Positions 1 to 12,500 of a stretch of DNA of 64,000 nt are shown here, in pieces. The notes beneath the pieces are model-generated. The model did not search any database. It was not told the DNA's origin and was given only the letters and a program-made list of their open reading frames with translations. The stretch is from Leucoraja erinacea (Eukaryota). The stretch spans positions 13,702,001 through 13,766,000 of the forward strand of contig NC_073407.1 of the NCBI RefSeq assembly GCF_028641065.1. The letters are read 5' to 3'. Position numbers and translations under genes: made by a program. Within the stretch, counting starts at the first letter, position 1. Each line of letters opens with the position of its first letter.

Positions 1-2044
1 CCTTCACATGTATCCACCTATCACTTGTGCCATCCGCAGCTCATTACCCGCCTGAAGAAGGGTCTTGATCCAAAATGTCACTTGTCCATTCCCTCTGCAG
101 ATGCTACCTGACCCTTTAAGTTGCTCCATCACTTGTGTTTAGTTTTAAACTGAGTGCAGGAATAGAGATAACTGCACATTGATTAAGGTAGACACAAAAT
201 GTTGGAGTAACTCAGCGGGACAGGCAGCATCTCTGGAGAGAAGGACTGTGTGACGTTTCGGGTCGTGACAATCCGGTTTGCACCGATTTTGAAAGCAACA
301 GTACATATTGAGAAAGTAGCAAAAATTATCAAAGCAAATAGTTTCACAAATAGAGACGCTGAGTATAAAAGCAATGAAGTGATGCTGAACCTTATAAAGC
401 TATGGTTAAACCATATCTAAAATACTGCATCCAGTTCTGGTCACCACATTTTGGAAGGATGCAGAGAAGATTTAGCAGACTGTTTTGAGGGATGAAGGAT
501 TTTAGCAACAAATATTCAACTAAATGCAGGAATCAGTGCAATGTAAATACTAGGATTAGAGAAATGGACAGAACACAATATCTGAAAACTGATTTCAGAG
601 ATTCAGATATAGCATTAAGAGACATTAAAGATCTGGAAACTGAGAGCCTTCATGTGCAACAGGTGCAGTGAAGTTGGATGAGTACAGAGAAACTTGGAGG
701 CATCGATCAGAAACAGCATCTAGGGACAACATTTCTTACTGTATCAGGAGATGGATCAGGAAGGAGAGATTATGGACATGTAGCAGGTATATTATCCATA
801 CTGCAGACATAACTTGGGAACAATTTGTAAAAAGTGAAGCTAAATAGATAATTCAAGATCAGTATTTATAGACTAATCAGGGACACCAATCAGAGGCTGA
901 ATGAGAGGTATTGCCAAGGTCAGTCGCTAGAAGCTGTGATTAGTACAGGTACATGGATCAGTTGCAGGAAATGGAAACATAATAGAAAACTGAGCTCGGC
1001 AGTCCCCGGAGAGTGATGAAGACAGGCTTTGCATATAATCTTAGAAAACAGGTTAGAAACTTTACCCGAGTTAGACTCTTGATACTGTCCTTCTGTTTTT
1101 CTTCCAGTAATTCTGCAGAATGAACATACAGATTTTGTTTGAAACTGTAAGAGATTCATTTTTTGAGCAATTTTTCAATTTAAAGGCTGCCAATATCTCC
1201 TTGGAAATTAATAGTGCAAACTCACATTGCAAGTTTAGCTAAAATCATGTGTCTGGGAGAAGTATCGTCCACCTCAAGACCTTGGAAAAACAATCCATTT
1301 GAAACCCTGTTTTTAGTCATTAAAAATTTAAACTATGGAATAAAGTAGCAGAAAAAATTTATATAATTATAACGTAGAGGGCCATTCATTTAACACTGAG
1401 GTAAGGCAAAATTATTTCTCTCAGAGGGTGGTGAATCTCTGGAATTCTCTGACCCAGATGAAGACAAGATTATTCAATTTAAGGTGGAGATCGATAAATA
1501 GTAGAAAGATCAAGGAATTGAGGGTTATGGGGAACTGGCACAGAGGAGGAGTTGATACTAACATAGATCAGCCATGATCATATTCAATGGTGTGGCAGGC
1601 TTGAGGGGCTGAGTAATCAACTCCTGCCCTGTTTTCTTGTGTTCTTCTGAATTATATCATTCACCCATTAACAAACTAAAACAAACAACAAGGGAAAACA
1701 TCACAATAAAAGCTTACATGAGCAGTTCAGTATTAACACAAGCCCTTTTGGATTGGAATCAAAGATAAGCAGATTAAACAGCAAATGAACAATGGAGGAC
1801 TTTACAAGAGATACTTGGGCACCCAGAGCTTTGGATAATGCTTGATCATGAGATCAAAATGAAACAGAGGAAGAAGTCTAATGATAAAATTCAATGTCAG
1901 ATCTTTGTTCCTGTAACTCCTTTCATAGCTGTTACCATTTCATATTCTGACCTTTTCTTATGACAAAATAAACCATTCAGTCCTCCAATGTCTATGCCCA
2001 GTCTCACAGCATTCCCATCAGTCACATTCCTCTTTAACATAGCG

Positions 2045-2340
2045 GATGGCGCTGTGGCGCAGCGTTAGTTACTACCTTACAGAGCCAGAAGCTCGGGTTT
2101 GAGCCTGACTACGAGTGCTCACTGTGCAGAGGTGACACGTTCTCCCTGTGATCACGTGTCTTTTCTCCGGGTGCTCTAGTTTTCTCCTGCAACCAAAGAT
2201 ATGCAGGTTGGTAGATTAATTGGCTTCTATAAATTGTCCCTTGTATGTAGGATAGAACTAATGTACGGGGTGATTGTTGGCCGGTGCGGATTCGGTGGGC
2301 CGAAGGGCCTGTTTCCATGCAGTATCTCTAAACTAAATCT
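2045..2340 (+). mobile_element. HE1-type tRNA-derived V-SINE
   Basis: tRNA-like head (TGGCGCAGCG...GGTTTGAGCC), V-domain (ttctccctgtg...ttttctccgggtgctc), tail gggccgaagggcctgtttcc...ctaaactaaa. Confidence 0.8.
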
Positions 2341-2883
2341 ATTCTCTTTCATGTCAATCAACTCATTCTTATGCCACCTGCTTACACCCAGGGCAATTAA
2401 CCAAATTCTGCACTTTTGCTACAAATCCCTCTTTTCATCCTCCCCTAACAAAATGTAACACCTTCTAATTCTCAGCATTAAATTTCATCTGTCACCTCTC
2501 TGGCAATTCCAGAACAGCATCTTACTTGAACTAAAAATCACAAATTTTGGAGCTCAACACAAATTCTACTATTTCGGTTTTATTATCTCACACACCCACA
2601 ACCTAAGGCAAGCCTAATTTGAGACTAAATATAAGCTGTAAGCTAGCCCAGAAGTCAATTTAATATCTTCTTATATTTTTAACTAAAACTCGGCTTCATC
2701 AAATCAACCATTCCGTCTCTGTAATTTACGATTTCATCATTAATTTACTTTTTCTCTCCTCGCCCAGTAATTTAAGATTTAAATCATCTTTATATCTCCA
2801 GCCATACCTTCTGCTATTCACTAGCCTCTACCATTCCCATCAATCAGCACTGCTATCACTGGCGTCAAGCAATTCCTCCTGGT

Positions 2884-3190
2884 ATTAGTTTAGAGATACA
2901 ACATCCAAACAGGCCATTCAGTCCTCCGAGTCCACGCCAACCATCCGTTCACAATAGGTTTATGTTATCCCACTTTTGCTTCCACTCCCTACACACCAAG
3001 GACAATTTACAGAGGCCAATTAACCTACAAACTTGCATGTCTTTGGGATGTGGGAGTAAACTGGAGCACATGGAGGAAACCCACACGGTCACAGGGAAAA
3101 CATGCAAACTCCACACAGATAGCACCCAAGGTTAGGATCGAACCCAGGTCTCTGGATCTCCGAGTCAGCTCTAATAGCTGCACCAGTGTG
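2884..3190 (-). mobile_element. HE1-type V-SINE
   Basis: Reverse copy of the same family. Confidence 0.75.
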
Positions 3191-3753
3191 CAGCCTTGCC
3201 TTTATCCTATCAAAGGCCTTCCTTTCATTTAGCTCTGTTCCTCCACTCTTTCTTCTCAACTTTAAATTTTCTACATCTGAAGGTAGAAATGTTAAATATG
3301 TTTCTCTCTCCACCGATGCTGTGCGCCCCAAACATTTCCAGGACTTAGTGGTTTTTATAGTGGTCCCACCTTGGATTGTTTCCAGAGTTATACCCACTTA
3401 ACCTATTGTCGGTCTAGTTGGTGAGAGGAGATGACGCAAAAAAACCCAGAACCCAGAAACTAAAGATGAATCTGTCTAACACTGTACAATCCAAGACGAT
3501 ATGAAAAAAATAATGGTCACTTGGAAGAAGTTAGACTAATAAATAACGTGGATGTATTAAAACAACATCTGACAATCGTGATTTGGCTCTTTCATGAGAT
3601 AATGGAGTTTGATGTGAGTAGCGTTGTTGACGTGCAAATAACTTTAAGAATCAACATCATCAATCATTATACATCAGCAAAATCAAACCCCTTAAGGCTA
3701 AAGGTATAGCGGCAATAGGGAGATGACACTGGCCAAGGTACAGATGGAATGGT

Positions 3754-4332
3754 ATAGGGTGATTTCACCAAATGTCAAATGAGCGTAGATCCCCCCTCAC
3801 GTAACCGAAAAATTTAACTGGAGGACATATGTCACTTCGGTACATGTTAGTGAATGGAGAAACACCCACTTTCACACCCGTTAAAAACATGGAAAACGGC
3901 CGATTTTTGAGCTGAAATTTCTGTGCTAGTCGGGGTGACCGTGAAGCACAGCGACCTAAATTTTCAGGTAAAAAAAAAGATAGAAAGTAAGGTAATTACA
4001 AGAGGGAACTGAAGGTGGAAAAACAGCGGAAGTGAACAGCAGACATTTGCCGTGGAGATTTAAAGGTCCAAAATATCGGGAATTATCGCGTTTGCTCGCT
4101 GAATTTAATCAAAAGTAAGGCATTGTTAACTTACTTTTGATGAAATTCAGCGAGCAAACGCAGAAAATTTCAGCTCAAAAATTGGCCGTTTTCCATGTTT
4201 TTAACGGGTGTGAAAGTGCGTGTTTCCCCATTCACTAACATGTACCGAAGTGACATATGTCCTCCAGTTAAATTTTTCGGTCACGTGGGGGGGGGATCTA
4301 CGCTCATTTGACATTTGGTGAAATCACCCTAT
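3754..4332. mobile_element. Palindromic MITE (non-autonomous DNA transposon)
   Basis: About 165-bp near-perfect TIRs (AGGGTGATTTCACCAAATGTCAAATG...CATTTGACATTTGGTGAAATCACCCT), 2-bp AT or TA flanks, internal 32-bp-arm hairpin at 4088-4161. Confidence 0.9.
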
Positions 4333-4589
4333 TGCAGATTAGTTGCTTGGCAAATAGGAAGTTCACCAGTATCAGGGATATGCTAGTTTTAAAGTATTTA
4401 TTAATGGTCTCGTCATGGGCGGATCAATCATAGTACAAAACCAATGAATGCAACCACCGCGGAGAATGGTTGAGAATTTCTTATTGTATTTCTAATCGCA
4501 AATATATTTCTAACAGCAAAGACACAAAACGGTCAATTCGAGCAAAGAGGAAGTCGGACAAAGGGAAGATTTAAAATACATGTAAGATA

Positions 4590-5020
4590 CATTTAAATCC
4601 GTTGCCTGGGGCCGGGCAGGGATGCTTGGCTGGAGTTGACAGGGGGACAGGCAGGGGTGTGGAAGCGCCGGTTGCCGGGGCTACTCGGCTCCGGCGTGGG
4701 GGAGCCTCCAACCCCGGGCGAAGCGGTGATACCACCGCTGACCTCCACACACACACAGACACACCGCCGCGGCTTCTGATCACAAGCATCCAGCCTCCTC
4801 TCCTCTCCCACCTTGTTTCCATGCGGTGAGCGCCCTTCACCGGCACCGACCACCCCCCTCTCGCCGAGCCGCTGCCCTTGTTATCCACAGGTTGTCAACC
4901 ACACAATCACTTCCGGGTGTAAGCCTCGCACCTCAGATCCGGTTCAGAGCGTCTCAGACCTTCTTTCACTAGTGCCGGCCGCCATGTTGAGAAGGGCAAG
5001 GTCGCTGGAGGTTCTGGAGC
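4590..5020. promoter_or_regulatory. CpG island, likely promoter of an unidentified gene probably running leftwards (-)
   Basis: CpG-rich; YY1-like AACATGGCGGC (- strand, 4978-4988), ETS-like CCGGAAGTG (- strand, 4908-4916), candidate - strand donors at about 4931 and about 4742. Confidence 0.55.
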
Positions 5021-5154
5021 TGAGAAGGTGCTGCATGTTGTTAAACCATTCTAAAAATGCTTCCCTTTATTCTGGGGCTGTGCCCTCTAGTCATGTAACG
5101 CCCACAAACTGCACAACACCGCCTCTCAACCCGATGTTGCAAACTAGATCCTAG

Positions 5155-6145
5155 AAATTATAGAAATTGGGTGCAGGAGTAGGAGATCTCCCTTCGATCC
5201 TACACCCCCATTCAATACAGGCCCAGAGTAGATAGATCCAACTCAGACTTTATTAATCCCCTGCCTTCTCTCCATAATTCTGATCCCCTTAGCCACAAGG
5301 GCCACATCTAACTCCCTCTTAAGTATAGCCAATGAACTGGCCTCAACTACCCTCTGTGGCAGAGAGTCCCAGAGATTCATTCACTCTCTACAGTCAGGCA
5401 CACTAACTACACACAGTCCCCCATTCAGTAATCTAGCCCATTGAGGGAAAACATCCTCGCCACACCGGCGCCCGATGTTCTCGCATTATTCGGCTGGGAG
5501 AAGGAGAACTCCCTCATGCTACTAAACCCCAGCGAATACAGGCCCAGAGTCTTCATACGTTAACACAATCATCCCTGGGATCATTCTTGTAAATCTTCTC
5601 AGGATTTTCTCCAATGCCAGCACAACCTTCCTCAGATATGGGGCTCAAAACTGCAAACAATATTACAAATGTGGCCTGACCATCACTAAAGCTTCAGCAT
5701 TACATCCTTGTTTTTATATTCAAATACTCTTGAAATGAATGGTAACATTGCGTTTTCCTTACTTACTATCGACCAGCACTCCTAAGTCCCTTTGCACCTC
5801 AGATATCTGACAACCATAGGGTGGATGATTACAGTCTTAAACCCAACATAGAATAAACCTAAATTTAGAGGGCATAGATTTAAGGCGAAGGCGAAAGATT
5901 TAAAAGGGACATGAAGGACAACTTTTTCGCACAAACAGTGGTGGGGGAATTGTGAATGAGCTAGTAGAGAAAGTGGTAGAGACAGACATAATTATAATGT
6001 ATAAAACACATTTGGACAGGTTTATAAGTGGGAATGGTTTAGAGGAATATATACCAAACACAGACTTCTGGGACTATCTCATAAACAACTTAGTTGGCAT
6101 GGATGAGTTGGGCCAAAGGGTTTGTTTCCATGCTGTGTAACTCTA
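5155..6145. mobile_element. CR1/HER1 LINE 3' fragments in both orientations
   Basis: Typical 3' sequence: ctctgtggcagagag on -, agagggcatagatttaagg...gggccaaaggg on +. Confidence 0.7.
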
Positions 6146-6989
6146 AGACTCAATCACCCCCATACACTGAACACCACCCAATCCCTCCACTCCCTCCACT
6201 CCCACCTATGCACCAAAATCTACTCCACAAACTACACATATCCCAGCCTGCAAACTATGCACACATTACAGGTTAAGCATGTCCCAGCTCGCCAACTGTA
6301 TGTCCCAACCCAATCCACCACACGCCCCCACCCTACAAACTACATGAGCATGTTCTACAAGCCATACAGAGCTCACACAACAAAACACATACATCTTGCA
6401 AACTGCACAACTCTCCCTAGACATTGCACACAGCGCACATTACGCACCATACAAACGACACCAACCCTGGCCACAATCAATGCACCCTCTCCTACAATCA
6501 CACATTCCATTCTACAAGCTGCATGCATCCCACGCACAACCGATCATGCACAAACAACATAATCATCCATAAGTCACATACAATGTGCACCCTACAGGGA
6601 CACAAAACAACATACCACACAATTCATCCTACAATCTACTCACACACCACCTGGCAATCCTATCCTGTGATGTACACCTCCCCAAACTAAGAAACTAAAC
6701 ACAATGTCCCATTTACCTTCATATGACACTCCACAAACTGCACAACACCGCCGATCAACCCGATGTTGCAAACAAGATCCTACAAACTACAGTCACACTC
6801 CACTAACTACACACACACCATTCAGTAATCTATACACATCTTTCTTTACAATCTCTACATAAATATTATACAAACCTTTTAACTCATTGTGCAAACCATA
6901 CACATCCCACCCCATAAACTAAGCACATCCAACCCACAAACTACACTCTCAAGGTAGCAAATCACACAGTAGCCAACCTTCCACACGAC

Positions 6990-7705
6990 TAAACGCAATG
7001 GTGCAACTTCAGCAATGGCTGCATCACCAAAAGTCTGTCCCTTCCTGCTTTGTTGTTTTTTAAGTATGTGTTAAATGTATATTTTAGTGTCCTTTAACTT
7101 GTTTTGTGGGGGGGGTGGGTGTAGGGTAAACTTTTTTTAATCTCTTACCTCGACGGAGATGCAATTTTTTCCTGTGTCGTATGTCTCTGCACTGCGACCT
7201 AACATCGAGGAGTTGGCGACCTTTGGTGGAGACCAACTTTGGGAGCTCCAACCGCAGGAGCCTGCACGACTTACCATTGTGGAGCTCACGATCCCTGTTG
7301 GGGATCGACTTTGGATCTGCAACCGCGGGAGCCGCGGACTTTAATATCGTGGAGCTCGCGGTCTCTGGTTCGAGACCGACTTCAGGAGCTCATAGCCGCA
7401 GGAACTTTGACCGCTCCGATGCGGGAACTTTGATCGCCCCGACGTGGGAGTTTCGATCGCCGGCTGCGGGAGCTTCGATCGCCCCGACTGCATTCGACTC
7501 CCGCGACCGCGGCAGAATAAAGAGGAAGAATATTAGACTTTATTGCCTTCCATCACAGTAATGAATGTGGGAATCCACTGTGGTGGATGTTTATGTCAAC
7601 CTTTGTGTGTTTTGTTGCTTTTTTTTAGCATGGCTGTATGGTAATTCGATTTTCACTGTACCTTAATTGGTACATGTGACAATAAACTGACCTTTGAACC
7701 TTTAC
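6990..7705 (+). repeat. CpG-rich non-autonomous retroelement with internal tandem repeats and Rex-type 3' tail
   Basis: Repeated gcgggagcttcgatcgccccgac units (about 7390-7500); tail cactgtaccttaattggtacatgtgacaataaa. Confidence 0.6.
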
Positions 7706-7769
7706 CCCAACAACTACAAAACCTATCTTTCAAATACAGGTACCATTCCATGAAAATTACACACACAGA

Positions 7770-7990
7770 GAGTGGTGAATCTCTGGAACTCTCTGCCACA
7801 GAGGGTAGTTGAGGCCAGTTCATTGGCTATATTTAAGAGGGAGTTAGATGTGGCCCTTGTGGCTAAGGGGATCAGGGGAGAAGGCAGGTACGGGATACTG
7901 AGTTGGATGATCAGCCATGATCATATTGAATGGCGGTGCAGGCTCGAAGGGCCGAATGGCCTACTCCTGCACCTAATTTCTATGTTTCTA
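7770..7990 (+). mobile_element. CR1/HER1 LINE 3' end
   Basis: NLWNSLPQRVVEASSLAIFKRELD plus tail gatcagccatgatcatattgaatggcggtgcaggctcgaagggccgaatgg. Confidence 0.85.
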
Positions 7991-9473
7991 TCTGAAAAAT
8001 CCCATAAACCTTACAAACCATAAAAATTCCAGCCCACAAAAAAAACACATCAAATCCTACAGGTTAGACTTCATCCCTGCAAATATCATATCTCAGCACC
8101 ACAAGCTGCCCAACTGCCCCTTGCAAACTATACACAGCACATCCCCAGCCAATTACCCTCACCCCCTGAAAGTACACAACTGTCAAATCTCTCACTACAA
8201 CGACAAATGTCACATTCCTTAAAATTCACCGTGTTCTTTCCTTCAAAGTACACACACCCATCCTACATCGTGCAAACACACCACCAGAGATGCTGCCTGT
8301 CCCGCTGAGTTACGCCAGCATTTTGTGTCTACCCTAAAACTATACACGTCACTGCCTTCAAACTAGGAACACGTTACCCTACAATTTACACAAATCTACC
8401 ATACATACAGCAAATAAATGCCTTCCAATTTACACACACTCCTGCTTAGAATATTCAGAGGATATATCAAACAACCCACATCAAACGTGGCATTACATGA
8501 CTCCTAATGTATAAACTATACATGCCCAACCTTCAATTTACCTCCACCCATTCTACTAGCTAATGATTGCTTTGTTATAAATTAAACACACTCCTTACAT
8601 ACAAGCTACTTGTACTCAGCCAACAAACGTAACACTCTGACAGGACAGACCACACGTGCACATCCTTCAGACCACACACATTCCACTCCATTAATTCCAC
8701 ATGTTATCTTCCAAATGAATAACGTCTCTCCCTGCAAACCCACCTTTTAAATAGCTCACACCCAACATCACAAACCTGAACAGATGCATACATCCTGCAA
8801 TCTACCCAGGAGACACAGACTGCAGATGCTGTAATCTGGAACAAAAAACTGCTGGAGGAACTCAGTGGAGTAATTCAGGACAGAGGCGGGCTGTCAACCC
8901 AAAACAGTGATTAACCTTTTGCCTCCACAGATGCTGTCTCACCTGCTGAGTTTTTTATTACAATCTACACATGCAGTCTTGCAAATTACATATACAGTAC
9001 ATTTCCTTACAATATAACACACCCTCCTCTACAAAGAATGCAAAACCTATCTTTAAATCCATACATTGTTAATGCAACAAACCACCCTCAGCATCCCATA
9101 AATAATACAGAAAGTATCCTGGTGCTTACACCCAACTCTACGCACTGCCTTCAAACTACCACATTCTCCCAACTAACAGTACACAGTACAAAAAAAACTA
9201 CATTCAAGGAAAGACCCTGGGAGTTCCTTGTGTGGAACTAATTGTACACATTTAACGATCACATTCAGGAGAAAGGCAACAAATTCATTTGATTGTTTTA
9301 TTTTTATTGATGACTTTGTGAAAGAACATGGTCACTCTGTTGAAAGCGAGCACAAGCAACCTTGCTGTCTCTACCAGTTGACTTTAGCATCAGACACATG
9401 TTCTTGGTGTGAGCCACGGCTTCAAATTATCGTTTCTAATGATTACTTCTGGTGTTGTTCTTGAACAGGATTT

Positions 9474-9502
9474 CTATTGAACAGTCAGAAGCTCTTCCTC
9501 CC
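9474..9502 (-). CDS. AMBP: AMBP/bikunin terminal coding exon (GEEELLTVQ*)
   Basis: Acceptor tttctttctcttttccag; resembles the human AMBP end GDEELLRFSN; AATAAA on - strand near 9296-9308. Confidence 0.85.
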
Positions 9503-12500
9503 CTGGAAAAGAGAAAGAAATGTTTACCTTTGGGCTCATCACAGTTTGGAGACAACAGTGTGGCTCCTTGGAGGATCCTCTTAGATTTGGTGCATCCTTC
9601 TGAGTTCCTTTCAGTACCTCTAATGATACCGCCTGACCTCCGCCACATACCCCATGAAGGATATCCACTTCTATTTCTTCCCTGAAACGTGTGGGCCCAC
9701 TCCAAACTTCAACCTCTTTCAACTTAAGGAGGGAAAAAAAGGGGCTGTGAAATATCCCTGGCAGATGAAGAACAAAAGAGTATTTGGAACTAAAAGAATG
9801 TTAAGGACAAAAGAGTAACTTGGGGAAAGTATGTCCCATTAAGAATTAGTGCAGTAATCTGTGTGGAGCCTCGTCTGTATCTCCCATGGTGAAGGACATG
9901 TACGCTAGTGAGTTCAAGGGATACCCAATAACATATTCAATTAGGAAAGAGGAGGTGTTGGTGGTTTCATAATGGAAGCGCATAAAGATAGCTAAATACT
10001 CAGGGCATGACCAAAGATATCTTAGGACGTTGTGGGAAACAAACAAGGGAGAAGATCTTTGCATCTTCGTCAGCCAGGGGTGAGGTACTGGAAGACTGGG
10101 GGTCAGCTAATGTTGTGCCATTAGTTAAAAAAGGCTGCAAGGACAAAGCAGGGAACTATAGGTCGGTGAGCCAAACATCTGCGGTGTGAATGTTACTGGA
10201 GGAGATTCTGAGAAGACAGGATTTATTTGGATTTGGAAAGGCAAGGATTGATTAGGGATAGTTAAGCACAACTTTCTGCGTGGGAAATCACGTCTCATGA
10301 AAATGATGTCTTTTTTTTTAAGGAGATGATCAAAAGGAATGACGAAGGCAAAGTGATGGGCATTGATAGAGAGTTTGGGTTGAAGGTAGAGGGAAAAAGT
10401 TTAAAGGTATTTGAAGGGCACGCTTTTCACACAGGGTAGTGAATGTACACAGATGTTAGTGCTGCGTACAATTACAGTTCAAAAGACATTTGGACATGCG
10501 TGGCTGGAAAACCTTTCAAGGGATATTGGACAATTGCAAGCAAATGTATTTAGATTAGATAGGCATCTTGATTGGCCTGGACAAGTTGGGCTGTAGGGCC
10601 TGTATCCGTGCTGTATAACTGAGTAAACTGCTGAAAATAAAACAGAGGCATGCCTGTGGCGTGTGATCTTGTTTGAGCACGTCTAAACCCATGGAGCTAA
10701 AGCAATGAGATGAATCAGCTAAGAGTTATTATCAGCCAGAGTTCGTGGGAACAAGAGGCTCAGGAACAATCTGTACCTTCTGGAATTGGGTCACAATACT
10801 CCATACACTCCTTCTCCATGTAGAACCTGTTTCCGTTTCCTTCACACCCACTGTATTTGAAGGTGATGCATTTGCCATTAACAGAATCAAATGCCCAGAG
10901 TTTGATGCTCATTCTGCAAGAGCCAATTTCTACGGGCAATCTGCAGGCAGCTGTGACAGAAAGAGAGAAGAGGGATAAGAAGCAGCATTAATGACAGAGG
11001 TTAAACTGGTACAAACTCTGGGAGTAGACCCTGTAACACCGATGCCATTCTGATAGATTGTAACACCATTATTAACTGGTCCTAAACAGTTCTGTTATTC
11101 AAGATGATTCAACGCAGCCAAATGCACTCTCCATTATTGAGACCACGTGGCAGTTTTTGTTGGTGGTGGGGAAACTATTCCTTGGACTACAGGAGGTTGA
11201 GGGTTGACCTTTTAGAGGTGTATAAGATCATGAGTGTATAGATACAGTAAATACACAGTCTTTACGCAGAGTAGGAGAATGAAGAAGCAGAGGACGTGGT
11301 GGGTTTTAAGTAGGGGGAAAGATTAATTAGAAACACTAGGGCAACTTGTGGGTATATGGAATGAGCTGCTCATTGAAGGAGGTACTATCACAACATTTAA
11401 AAGACATTTGGACAGAGAGGTACATGGTTTGGATATGTTTAAGAAGAATATGGGCCAAACACAGACAGACGAGACTTGTGTAAGTGGGGCATGTTGGTTG
11501 GCATGGGCAAGTTCGGCACACTATGATTCGATACTGGAGTAACTCAGCAGGTCAGGCGCCATCTCTGGAGAACATGGATCGGTCTGAAGCAACTCAAAAC
11601 ATTGCCTCTTCGTGTTCTGCAGAGATGCTGCCTGACCTGATGAGTTACCCCAGCACTTTGTATCTTCTTTGAGAGTCAATTATTGACTAACTCTGCTTTT
11701 ATAGACATGGGAATGTGCATTCACAAATACCATGAGATGTTTACCAAGGTTAGCTGGTGCTCAGTAACTCACCTACAGTCCGGCAGGTCTGCAAACATTG
11801 TTGTTCAGTGGCAAACCTATTCATGTTGCCGAGGCAGCCACCATATTTAAATGTTTCACAGGTCATCGAGGATTGGTTGTAGAAGAACATGCGTATGCTC
11901 TGGAAGCAAGCTCCAGAATCAGGCGCAAGTTGGCAGGATTCTTGGTACAAAAGGGAAATCAATGTTAATATGAACAAATATACAAAACATTTTTTTTTTT
12001 TAAATTTCAAAATAGACTTTATTCATTGATAAATATATACAATTCCTGAACCATTCAAACAAACAAAATTCATCCGACATTTTCGGAGACTATACAAGTT
12101 TTTTTCAGTACAATTTTTTTTACATTTTTCAAATTTCACCAAACAGTCCCCCACCCGTGCCACTCTGTGGCCCCCTGGCGTGGGATACCTTCCCTTAATT
12201 TAATTTGAGGGGCGTCTCCACCATACCGTGCCCCCCATGTCCAGCAGCGGAAGGACCCTAGACTGTGGTCCTCCCCCACCGAGCCTTGGCGTTGGCTGCA
12301 CCAAGCTTCAGCGAGTCCCTTAGCACGTACTCCTGCAGTCTGCAGTGGGCCAGTCGGCAACATTCCCTGACGGACATCTCGCTCTGCTGGGTGGTGAGCA
12401 ACGCTCGGGCAGACCAAAGAGCGTCTTTGACCGAGTTGATGACCCTCCAGCAGCACTCGATGTCAGTCTCTGAATGTGTCCCTGGGAACAGTCCGTAAAT

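Larger units (their letters stand above)
6150..9210. repeat. C/A-rich low-complexity tract
   Basis: Strong G depletion on + strand with recurring cctacaaactacaca-like motifs, interrupted by retroelements. Confidence 0.7.

Noticed and set aside
2045-2120. tRNA-like A/B boxes (also near 21835 and 55210)
   Set aside because: SINE heads, not tRNA genes.
6094-6690. His/Thr/Pro-rich ORFs
   Set aside because: By-product of C/A-rich low-complexity DNA.
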